Source: a virus (Duplodnaviria > Caudoviricetes). From it: 29,796 nucleotides of DNA. Positions 7,750 through 15,617 of this stretch are shown in pieces. Both the position numbers and the translations under genes were made by a program. The notes beneath the pieces were generated by a model. That model saw only the letters and a list, made by a program, of their open reading frames with translations. It searched no databases and was not told the DNA's origin. Position 1 is the first letter of the stretch. The number at the start of each line of letters is the position of its first letter. The DNA is taken from the IMG/VR virus record IMGVR_UViG_3300030708_001674, positions 1-29,796 of that record, one strand, 5' to 3'.

Positions 7750-8462
7750 TTGCTGGCATCAAGAGCGTGATGCACAAATGGCCCCTGAGCATTCACATAA
7801 TGTAAAAAGATTTGATGGTGCCAAGTATCATCTTCTTTGTTACGAAACTTTCTCCATTTATTTTCTAACGTGCCATATTTGGACTCCAAAGGATCTCTCC
7901 AATGTTCTCTTTCACATCCTTTGTAGACAGCAGCATCACCATTCTTCATGATAACATATCCATCAGAACCATCTGGTTTATTGAACCAAATTGGCCATGG
8001 TTTATCAGAATTAGTGTTAAGTTGAAGAGTTACACTTATTTCACATGCAGGTCTGTCACTATGTCTTTCCAACTGTTGACCAATGTAGTAATACCTTTCA
8101 TAATAATATGTTGGTAGAAGATCAATACCAAGGATCTTTTCTAGTTTTTTGCGAACAACATAGTGTAGATTTCTATATGCAGGAAAGTTATACCTAGAGA
8201 AAGAACCAGCAACTTGAGCTTCAACAGGAACCAAATATGCTTTATTTGAACGACTGAATTGTAGTTGTCCAGTTATTCTATTGCCCTCTTCATCTACAAA
8301 TGGATCAAATTGCAACCCTTCCAGATCTTCAATGAATCCAGGAAGAGCCAAATATCCGTCTCGTTCAAAGGACTCATTTTTTGTCATGTTTGTTGTGGTA
8401 GGAGCTGCGTTAGGAACATATCCTTCTCCATACTTTCCACCTGTCGAAGTATATTTCTTCAT
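7746..8462 (-). CDS. 2OG-Fe(II) oxygenase
   Basis: LERHSDRPACEISVT...YKGCEREHWRDPL...QIFLHY; start at ATG 8462 (TAATG overlap). Confidence 0.8.
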   Translation of the reverse strand: MKKYTSTGGKYGEGYVPNAAPTTTNMTKNESFERDGYLALPGFIEDLEGLQFDPFVDEEGNRITGQLQFSRSNKAYLVPVEAQVAGSFSRYNFPAYRNLHYVVRKKLEKILGIDLLPTYYYERYYYIGQQLERHSDRPACEISVTLQLNTNSDKPWPIWFNKPDGSDGYVIMKNGDAAVYKGCEREHWRDPLESKYGTLENKWRKFRNKEDDTWHHQIFLHYVNAQGPFVHHALDASN

Positions 8463-9079
8463 TACTTCCACCTCGGACCAACTACCCAACCGACAAGACT
8501 TTTTCTCATTCCAGACCTAACTCTACGAACTCGGTGTTTAACGCGAGAATCAAAGATAATCAATGTTCCACGTTGTTTTGGTGCGAAGTATGTTTTATTT
8601 TGATTATTCATAAACTGAACTTCACCACCAGTATAATCTGTTGGGTCTGAAAGTTGCAAGGAGAAAGACAGTTTACGCACAACTTCGCCATTCAGATGCA
8701 CCTGATCTGGACTCATATTAGTATTAGATTGTGGAACTATTTGAGGTTGATACATGGTATCAATGTCTTCATCAGAATGCCAATTATAGAATTGACCCTC
8801 ACCATATTGTGTATATTGAATACTTCCACCATCAATATCATAGAGATCATAACAAAAATTCTCTCTATTTGTTTTTTGAATATAATACCACAACCATCCT
8901 CCAACCCAATGATGAGTTGGAATCCAAGCATTCTTACTATTACGAACTACTTTATCTACTTCTCGATTTGAAAGTTCAGAATTTTTTGCGAGATCATCAA
9001 ACTGTTGAATATCTTTTACAAGAACGTCTACAATTTCAGTTGGCAACTGAGTCATGTGCCAACACGTCAAGTGTGCCAT
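8462..9079 (-). CDS. 2OG-Fe(II) oxygenase (PKHD/PiuC-like)
   Basis: QYTQY...WHSD...RKLSFSLQLS..DYTGGE...FDSRVKHRV..VRSGMRKSLVGW. Confidence 0.9.
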   Translation of the reverse strand: MAHLTCWHMTQLPTEIVDVLVKDIQQFDDLAKNSELSNREVDKVVRNSKNAWIPTHHWVGGWLWYYIQKTNRENFCYDLYDIDGGSIQYTQYGEGQFYNWHSDEDIDTMYQPQIVPQSNTNMSPDQVHLNGEVVRKLSFSLQLSDPTDYTGGEVQFMNNQNKTYFAPKQRGTLIIFDSRVKHRVRRVRSGMRKSLVGWVVGPRWK

Positions 9080-9101
9080 GTGTGAATAGTATTTTCAGTG
9101 A

Positions 9102-9130
9102 ATTATATATGATGATGACTGTGATGTCAA
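9102..9130 (-). promoter_or_regulatory. Perfect-consensus sigma70 promoter for the oxygenase pair
   Basis: TTGACA (9130-9125), 17 nt, TATAAT (9107-9102), upstream of ATG 9079. Confidence 0.9.
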
Positions 9131-9136
9131 TCAGTG

Positions 9137-9595
9137 CTATGGTTTAGTTGGCCAAGTAACAGAAGATTCATCCAACTCCCCTTCAGAATCAAGGGTAGGA
9201 GTTGCAGTGGATGGAAGATCTCTGAGTGCCTGACGATAAGTAGTCTGTTCCGATGTCATCGTAAGATCTGAACTTGCCCACCAATCTGTTTCAGCAATCA
9301 GTCGGTCTCTCTCTACACGCAGAAGTCTCATTGCTTCTGTTGAGTTCATCTGAGAGAGTTTTGTTTCAATCTCTGATTGTGTTGGTGCAGTGATTGATTC
9401 TGGAACACTATGCCAATCAAGATCTGCATATGTGTTTCCTGTATGTGGTGGAACAGTGTAGACGTGGCCAGTTACTACAGCATCCCGTCCTCTATCTTCA
9501 CCTTCGGCATTATCATCCATCAATTCAGAAGCTGGCAGCCCCCAAATCAAGTCAGGATTTAATTCCTTTATAGCATCGGAGATTTTTTGTAACAT
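9137..9595 (-). CDS. tail fibre assembly/chaperone-like protein
   Basis: C-terminal LRVERDRLIAETDW...YRQALRDLP...WPTKP motif typical of phage tail assembly chaperones. Confidence 0.75.
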   Translation of the reverse strand: MLQKISDAIKELNPDLIWGLPASELMDDNAEGEDRGRDAVVTGHVYTVPPHTGNTYADLDWHSVPESITAPTQSEIETKLSQMNSTEAMRLLRVERDRLIAETDWWASSDLTMTSEQTTYRQALRDLPSTATPTLDSEGELDESSVTWPTKP

Positions 9596-9631
9596 GTTTT
9601 TATTCCGTTATGTTGATAGGGGAATGAGGAA

Positions 9632-10729
9632 TTAACCGACAGAGTAAACTTCAATAGCAATGTAACCACCATTATTACTATTTCCAGCATTACCCTTGTT
9701 GACTCCTGATGGTCCACCACCAGGCACTGAACGGTGATTATTACCACCAGGGCTAGATGTAAACTGGCTGGCGAAACTTACGTTTGGATGAACATAACCT
9801 GATCCACCACCACCTTGAGCATAGTATCCACCAGAGCCACCGCCGCCATACCAACCACCGCCACCGCCGGCGCCGCCGACATTGGAGGATGTTCCACCAT
9901 AATACTTTGCACCAGCTTGACCTGCAGGTTGTCGTCCAGAGGCACCACCAGCACCACCAGCATTTTGTGTACCACCTTTACCATCAGCATTAGATGGTTC
10001 AGCAGGATAATAGAAATTTCCCTCAAATCCAGATGGATAACCACCATATCCTTGTCTAGGGCCACTATTCAACCAGTTACATCCGCCGCCACCACCGCCA
10101 GCAACTAAAAGTGAAACTCTAGGAGTGTCATTTCTTCCAGGAATAGGAACACTACCCTGCATAACCCTAGAAGATCCACCACCAGGAGATGCACCACCAT
10201 AAGGTGAAGAAAGACCACCATCGGGGAACGGTCTACCATTCTGCGAAGTGCTAGCACCAGCAGCCATTAATGTCATTACAGAACCATTAGTCATCGAATA
10301 ACGGCCGTTCATACCATGACCAGCTGATCCACCACCAGGACCAGGGCCGCCGCCCTCCTTACCACCACCAGACCAAACATACATGTCAAAGGTAACAGTT
10401 CCACCAGAGTTATTTGTAACGATGGCGCGCTTTCCTGCTGTATTTGATGCAGAATCAAGTTCAAAAACTTCTCCTACTGTTGCAGCAATACTACTATTTG
10501 ATGGAGCTCCTCCAGTCCCATCAGTGATAGCAATCGTCAGTGGATTAAGAGCATCTGCAATAGCACCATCTGTGGTTCTCCACTTAGAACCATCCCAAAC
10601 TTCAACCTGGCCGTTTTGCCCACCCTCGGTGTTATATACCATCATGCCAACGACAGCTGACAAGGCATCTCTTTGTGCTTCTGTTACCTGAGCAATTTCA
10701 ACATTATTAGAGTTTAATCTAGTAGTCAT
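9632..10729 (-). CDS. glycine-rich virion/fibre-associated protein
   Basis: N-terminal TEAQRDAL...GMMVYNT...VWDGSKW module followed by Gly-rich domain (LVAGGGGGG, GGGGGWYGGG, GGGGSGY); late promoter upstream. Confidence 0.8.
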   Translation of the reverse strand: MTTRLNSNNVEIAQVTEAQRDALSAVVGMMVYNTEGGQNGQVEVWDGSKWRTTDGAIADALNPLTIAITDGTGGAPSNSSIAATVGEVFELDSASNTAGKRAIVTNNSGGTVTFDMYVWSGGGKEGGGPGPGGGSAGHGMNGRYSMTNGSVMTLMAAGASTSQNGRPFPDGGLSSPYGGASPGGGSSRVMQGSVPIPGRNDTPRVSLLVAGGGGGGCNWLNSGPRQGYGGYPSGFEGNFYYPAEPSNADGKGGTQNAGGAGGASGRQPAGQAGAKYYGGTSSNVGGAGGGGGWYGGGGSGGYYAQGGGGSGYVHPNVSFASQFTSSPGGNNHRSVPGGGPSGVNKGNAGNSNNGGYIAIEVYSVG

Positions 10730-10756
10730 CCGCCGAAAAATAGCACTCTTTGATTT

Positions 10757-10764
10757 TATTTATA
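10757..10764 (-). promoter_or_regulatory. T4-type late promoter TATAAATA
   Basis: Exact TATAAATA on the minus strand, 27 nt upstream of ATG 10729. Confidence 0.8.
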
Positions 10765-10773
10765 ACAAGTCGA

Positions 10774-11976
10774 TTATCTTTTGACTACACTGACAGCAGC
10801 CTCACCCTGTTCAAAGACAGTATCAACCACGGCCTGCAACTTACGGGAAGTGCTGATACCTACACGATCATAAACAGGGACAACACAGAGACCAAAGGTC
10901 TTAGACTTGTCACCCAGACGAATCACACGACCGATGGATTGACTCAGGGAGATGTAATCCATGTTCCGCATGAAGATAACAGCCTCAAGACCCTTGACGT
11001 TGATACCCTCAGACAGAATAGAGTGGTGCAGAACAACAAACTTCTTCTCAGGATCAACACCCCAAGCATTCAACGTCTTGAAGAATTGTTCACGGGAGAC
11101 TTTCTTACCATCGATCACAGCTCCAGTCTTGGAAGTGATATACATGCAAGAATAACCACGTTTGATAAGTTGAACCTGAAAGTCAGATTGACTCATCAGA
11201 CGGATGATTTGTTTGGTGGAACGAGCAGCAACCAGGATCTTGTTCACACTGTTCTCTTCAATACTCTCGATCAGATTCTGAGAGTCAGAGAGTTGAAACT
11301 CATGAGTAGGAAGATTCTTTACCACAACTTTAGGAGGCAGAATGTAACCACCCTCAACCAGTTTAGGTGCAGGAACATTTGCAATCACCTGACCATAAAC
11401 ATAACCATCATTCATCCCAGGCTTAGAGATGGTGACGGAATGTTTGGGAGTGGCAGTGAAGAAAAACACACGACCAGCTTCATGACTGAAGAACTCAGTC
11501 GCGGGAAAGAATTGACGACTCACACTGTTGTGGGCCTCGTCAAAGTAAATGTTATCAACCTGAATGTCAGCTTCCTGAATACGATGGAGAGAATGATATG
11601 TGGTAAAGATGACAACATTCTCACCCATACTACGAGCACAGTTAGCATAAAGGTGAATCTTCTCAGGATTCGTGGTGCTAGTGTACTCAGTCTCACCACT
11701 ATGAACATGAAGAACATGCAGATATGGATCACTGTTGTGAGGATCCATAATCTCCATGAATTCCTTGCAAAGTTGTTCTGCAAGAAGAATACGGGGAGCA
11801 ACAACAACGGTGGTCATGCCGTTGTCAATATATTTGCAGTTCTCGATCACATCATGGATCATGCAGAGAGTCTTACCACCGCCAGTGGGCACGATAACCT
11901 GACCCTTGTCATGCACGATCATCGCATCAACAACGTCTTGTTGGTGGGGTCGCAGAGCGTAGGGAGTGTAGGTCAA
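10774..11976 (-). CDS. SF2 DEAH-box helicase/ATPase
   Basis: Q motif LRPHQQ, I VPTGGGKT, Ia VAPRILLAEQ, II DEAH, III TAT, V LSEGIN, VI QSIGRVIR; TTG start with GGAG SD. Confidence 0.9.
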   Translation of the reverse strand: MTYTPYALRPHQQDVVDAMIVHDKGQVIVPTGGGKTLCMIHDVIENCKYIDNGMTTVVVAPRILLAEQLCKEFMEIMDPHNSDPYLHVLHVHSGETEYTSTTNPEKIHLYANCARSMGENVVIFTTYHSLHRIQEADIQVDNIYFDEAHNSVSRQFFPATEFFSHEAGRVFFFTATPKHSVTISKPGMNDGYVYGQVIANVPAPKLVEGGYILPPKVVVKNLPTHEFQLSDSQNLIESIEENSVNKILVAARSTKQIIRLMSQSDFQVQLIKRGYSCMYITSKTGAVIDGKKVSREQFFKTLNAWGVDPEKKFVVLHHSILSEGINVKGLEAVIFMRNMDYISLSQSIGRVIRLGDKSKTFGLCVVPVYDRVGISTSRKLQAVVDTVFEQGEAAVSVVKR

Positions 11977-11988
11977 GTCATCTCCGTG

Positions 11989-12057
11989 TCAACATGGCCA
12001 ATATACAAAAAAACGACCCTCAAGGCGAGGGCCGTGGACAGTTCTCAAACTGTCAGT
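11989..12057 (-). promoter_or_regulatory. Repeated early-promoter/stem-loop cassette, copy 5
   Basis: Core tcaacatggccaatata 11989-12005; dyad GTGGACAGTT-CTCA-AACTGTCAGT 12034-12057 with perfect 7-bp arms. Confidence 0.85.
12007..12035 (-). terminator. Intrinsic terminator embedded in cassette copy 5
   Basis: Minus strand ACGGCCCTC-GCCTT-GAGGGTCGT followed by a T run. Confidence 0.7.
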
Positions 12058-12200
12058 TTAGTTCGGTAATCTTTAAGCTTTTGATACAACACCGAATAAT
12101 TTGTACCTGGTGAGTGCATTTCTTGATTTCGTTCATGCCATGAAGACATTACCTCTAAAGATGTGATTAGTGCGTCGATTTCTTGCAGGGAAAGATTCAT
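12045..12200 (-). CDS. 51-aa hypothetical protein (MNLSLQEIDALITSLEVMS...LKDYRTKLTV)
   Basis: Translated by hand; fills the gap; stop is inside the dyad of copy 5. Confidence 0.7.
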   Translation of the reverse strand: MNLSLQEIDALITSLEVMSSWHERNQEMHSPGTNYSVLYQKLKDYRTKLTV

Positions 12201-12203
12201 GGA

Positions 12204-12392
12204 TTACCAGTCAATATCGTTGTTTTCTTCAGACACAGTTACCAACCGCACACTTTCCCCTGGGCCAATGTCTAGCATTGACTCCCAGTTGTAATCATCT
12301 GGATGACTATCATCAAGGATCTCAAGTTCTAAAACAACGCAATAACGACGTTTCTGCATCGCAAGTTGGGTCATTGGTCTGAAGATGAACAC
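12204..12392 (-). CDS. small acidic hypothetical protein (start GTG 12392 leaderless, or ATG 12374)
   Basis: ORF directly downstream of a sigma70 promoter; predicted +1 coincides with GTG 12392. Confidence 0.7.
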   Translation of the reverse strand: MFIFRPMTQLAMQKRRYCVVLELEILDDSHPDDYNWESMLDIGPGESVRLVTVSEENNDIDW

Positions 12393-12398
12393 CGTCTT

Positions 12399-12427
12399 AA
12401 TATATCTAGGTCAGGAGTCCTTGTCAA
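12399..12427 (-). promoter_or_regulatory. sigma70 promoter
   Basis: TTGACA (12427-12422), 17 nt, TATATT (12404-12399). Confidence 0.85.
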
Positions 12428-12635
12428 GCCCCCTGAGAGACTTTTCTGCAATGTGTTCTGTCACTATGTTCATGAACTGATCTTGGATCTGACTGTTAAG
12501 ATCATCTCCAGACTCAAGTTCCTCAACAAAATAGTACACATTTGCAATGATTTCCATTGATTTGACATCATCAACATCATTGAACTCATTGTACTTATCT
12601 GTCAGGTACTCTTTGATTCTTTCAATCTGATTCAT
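12411..12635 (-). CDS. acidic hypothetical protein
   Basis: 74-aa ORF, ATGA-coupled to the GT25/PLOD gene. Confidence 0.7.
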   Translation of the reverse strand: MNQIERIKEYLTDKYNEFNDVDDVKSMEIIANVYYFVEELESGDDLNSQIQDQFMNIVTEHIAEKSLRGLDKDS

Positions 12636-14515
12636 ATTGAGTCACCAGGAAAACGGCACGACCACATAGTCAAACTATATTTTACACCACTTGTCAACTC
12701 TGTGCAAGTATGGCCATGAGTGACTGCACCAGGGAACAAAATACATTTACCGACAGGAATATCTTTATTTGAAATGTTTTGTCTGGGAAATACTAAATCT
12801 GCTCCTTCATAATTGTCATTTAGTTTGACAGATCCTGTCACAAGTGATGCGTCAGTGTGAAGAGCTAAACTTTTTTGAGTATCAAGAGAATATCTCATCA
12901 CGAAAGCATCACGCATCCCATACATTTCCATAGGTTTCCAATACTCTTCAATGATTGGATAGACATATTTCTTCCAATGATTTTCCATTTCCGTCCACAA
13001 CCCAGGACTAAGTTCTTTGAGTCTGATTTCTTGTGCAGGGAATTTATCATAGGAAAGACTACCCCACCCACCATGTTTATCAGAAATTTCAATCAAATCA
13101 TCACACATTGTTGGTGTCATGTAATCAATCAACAACATGTCATTTGATATAATTTCACAATTTTGAGTTGGAATATAAACAATAGGACTGCCATAAAACG
13201 AAGCATATAGTTTCTCAAAATGTTGTTTTGCATCATCACCACCATTGCCATGATACATGCAGTTAAAACATTCTGTGCGTGGATTATAGATTTGATTTCT
13301 CTCTCCAAATCCAAATGAATTAGACTGACTATTACAAACTACAGGATCATAACACTGAAAAACATAACACTCATTGTCTAATTGAATATCAAACTCACCA
13401 CTTAAAAATCTCTTGTGGTAATACAACTGATCATCTTCATGGTCCCCAATTTCTTCGGCAAGTATTCTTTTGATTTCACCGACACGTCCAATGAATAGTC
13501 CACTATTCAGATATTTGTACGCAGTATGTGTCTCTGGAAAACTATCAGCAAGACTTTCGTCAGGCCAACACCATTCTTCCGCAGCAAATAACACTCCACA
13601 TTTGAATTCTAAAAACCTACGTTCAATCTCTTCAATAGGTTCATTTGTAAATGTATCATATCCATCAGCAAACAATATAACATCATGATCTGGAATGTCT
13701 TTAATAAAATTCTTTAGAAGATTGATCTTTTGACCACCACCAGGGCCTGACATGTCAGTGCCCCTCCACTCTACATTTTTTCCAATGTTGAGAAATTCAA
13801 ATCCATATTGTCTGGAAGAAGTGTGTAACTTCTCACATTTACTATCATCACTACCTACAGTAATAGCGTGAGTCTTAAAATCAAGGAAGTAAGAATATCT
13901 ATTGATTGGATCTACATCAGTACCACCAACAGATCTATCCCACGGATCAATAACATTTTCTTTATATCCAATCGGATTTAATCTCCTCATCATTGTTGGG
14001 AGATATTCATCAACGGGAATTATATTCTTTCTCGATCTTTCATTCAGAATAATTTGTGCAGCTCTTGGAGTCAGTGCATATCCAACTGTCCAATAAGGAT
14101 ATTTGGGTTTTACAAATGTATCATCAATTCTTTCTGACTGATCCATCTCACGATGACCAAGATACATGAAATTATATCCTTCCGCAAACTTTTTCTTTAT
14201 CTCATCAACAGAAAATCTTTCCGATACAATCGCATCATCTTCAAGAATAATAATTGGTTCATTTGATGCGATGCATTTGGCCCAGAGATAATAATGAGAC
14301 AAATAACAAGCAACCTCACCATGAGTAATGTGAGTTTTGTTAATAGGATCTACCCAATTCTTATTAGTATCAAATCCATTGTTCAACAACCACTGATGAT
14401 TAATTTGCCATCCATCAACAGCATCAAACAATTCATACTCCAAATGATTGTTTGTCTTACTAAACAATTCCCTTCTGTCGGGCCGTCTCTGCAAACTAAT
14501 TACAAATGTTTTCAT
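12632..14515 (-). CDS. Three-domain GT25 glycosyltransferase + PLOD-type glycosyltransferase + PLOD-type 2OG-Fe(II) lysyl-hydroxylase-like protein
   Basis: GT25: FVISLQRRPDRR, FDAVDG, GEVACYLSH, IILEDDA, PVDEYL. PLOD-GT: GGGQKINLLK, ILFADGYD, FAAEEWCWPD, YLNSGLFIG, DDQLYY, HGNG. Hydroxylase: FVMRY...LALHTDAS...LFPGAVTHGH...SGVKY. Confidence 0.85.
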   Translation of the reverse strand: MKTFVISLQRRPDRRELFSKTNNHLEYELFDAVDGWQINHQWLLNNGFDTNKNWVDPINKTHITHGEVACYLSHYYLWAKCIASNEPIIILEDDAIVSERFSVDEIKKKFAEGYNFMYLGHREMDQSERIDDTFVKPKYPYWTVGYALTPRAAQIILNERSRKNIIPVDEYLPTMMRRLNPIGYKENVIDPWDRSVGGTDVDPINRYSYFLDFKTHAITVGSDDSKCEKLHTSSRQYGFEFLNIGKNVEWRGTDMSGPGGGQKINLLKNFIKDIPDHDVILFADGYDTFTNEPIEEIERRFLEFKCGVLFAAEEWCWPDESLADSFPETHTAYKYLNSGLFIGRVGEIKRILAEEIGDHEDDQLYYHKRFLSGEFDIQLDNECYVFQCYDPVVCNSQSNSFGFGERNQIYNPRTECFNCMYHGNGGDDAKQHFEKLYASFYGSPIVYIPTQNCEIISNDMLLIDYMTPTMCDDLIEISDKHGGWGSLSYDKFPAQEIRLKELSPGLWTEMENHWKKYVYPIIEEYWKPMEMYGMRDAFVMRYSLDTQKSLALHTDASLVTGSVKLNDNYEGADLVFPRQNISNKDIPVGKCILFPGAVTHGHTCTELTSGVKYSLTMWSCRFPGDSI

Positions 14516-15063
14516 GATTCAGTTTTGATAAAAAATACTTGCGTTAGACGACCATCATCAGACCCAGAACCAAAATAGTCTAAAGATGTATGCCACTGAT
14601 CTGCACGAAATAAAACGATTCGATTATAGATGTTACCAACTTCAGATACTTTATCCCACTTATCCATATCTGTCCATACACCATCTGGTAAACTATGATC
14701 TTTTCCAGTCAATGATCCATCAATTTTTGATCTAAAGAATCCAGTACCACCAGAAAAAGGCGCATTAGGTGTCAGATAAAGAACTCCAGCCCAATTATTG
14801 TATGCGTCATTATGTATCCAACTACTGTGAGATCCCGTTGTCAGTTGAAAAGCACCAGTATATCCTTCTGGACCATCTAACCAGTTGACAACTCTTTCAG
14901 GTATCAATGATTGAATAGTATCTTTTGTACTCTGATTGATAAAGTTTGCAGTTCTTGTACCTGGGTAATTACCAAATACATCAAAGGGTTGAGACAGAGC
15001 AAACTTTCGTACTTCATCTGGATTGTTATAGAAATCATCCACAACAATTATATTTTGTCTCAT
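14512..15063 (-). CDS. 2OG-Fe(II) oxygenase-like protein (DUF6445-like)
   Basis: IIVVDDFY..PD.VR..AL, WIHND..WAGVLYLTP, YNRIVLF..WHTS, RLTQVFF. Confidence 0.8.
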   Translation of the reverse strand: MRQNIIVVDDFYNNPDEVRKFALSQPFDVFGNYPGTRTANFINQSTKDTIQSLIPERVVNWLDGPEGYTGAFQLTTGSHSSWIHNDAYNNWAGVLYLTPNAPFSGGTGFFRSKIDGSLTGKDHSLPDGVWTDMDKWDKVSEVGNIYNRIVLFRADQWHTSLDYFGSGSDDGRLTQVFFIKTES

Positions 15064-15617
15064 CTCCAGTCTGGGCCTTCAAACCAACAAACAACACTGT
15101 GACGAACACCTTTTGTAACTGGAGTGACCCAGTGTTCTAAGAATGATGGAAACCAAATGACAGTACCTTGACCAAAGTGTGTCGTTGGAGCTTGACCCTG
15201 AGTATTAAGGACAAGTTCACCACCTTCATAAGTTTTAGGATCTGTGAGTTGCAACACCACAGACAACTTTCGATGTCGATCTGTCTCGTTCAACCAAAAG
15301 ACATCATGATGACGTTTATATTCTCCACGGTTTTTTTCGTGATACTCACCAAGTTGCATGTACTCAAGTGTATCAATATGAAATTGAAAAAATTCTCGAT
15401 TGACTTTATTAGTCAAAAACCACATTCTCTCAAAAACATCTTTATATAAATGTTCATCCATCCACTTCAATGTGGTTCTACGTTTCTCAAGTTCAAAACT
15501 TTCACCTTTCAATCCCAATTTAGCCTCTTCCACAGGCAAATCACGACTTCTCTCTAAGATGTCTCTACATTCATCTGGGGAAAATACTTTTTTCCATACT
15601 GCCCATTCTGCTTTCAT
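15060..15617 (-). CDS. 2OG-Fe(II) oxygenase (PKHD/PiuC-like)
   Basis: RHHD...RKLSVVLQL..YEGGEL...FPSFLEHWVTPVTKGVRHSVVCW. Confidence 0.9.
   Translation of the reverse strand: MKAEWAVWKKVFSPDECRDILERSRDLPVEEAKLGLKGESFELEKRRTTLKWMDEHLYKDVFERMWFLTNKVNREFFQFHIDTLEYMQLGEYHEKNRGEYKRHHDVFWLNETDRHRKLSVVLQLTDPKTYEGGELVLNTQGQAPTTHFGQGTVIWFPSFLEHWVTPVTKGVRHSVVCWFEGPDWR

Noticed and set aside
7670-7792. N-terminal extensions containing 'LAMLR' in ORF-track calls (also 3717-3740 and 6037-6333)
   Set aside because: They are translations of the repeated promoter core; better starts lie downstream of its SD.
3724-12005. Dispersed identical 17-21-bp repeats as a CRISPR array or att sites
   Set aside because: Copies are 0.7-4.3 kb apart, separated by genes, each at a gene start; no cas or integrase gene is visible.
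10750-12069. 439-aa plus-strand ORF
   Set aside because: Antisense shadow of the helicase, which has all SF2 motifs; no recognisable motifs of its own.
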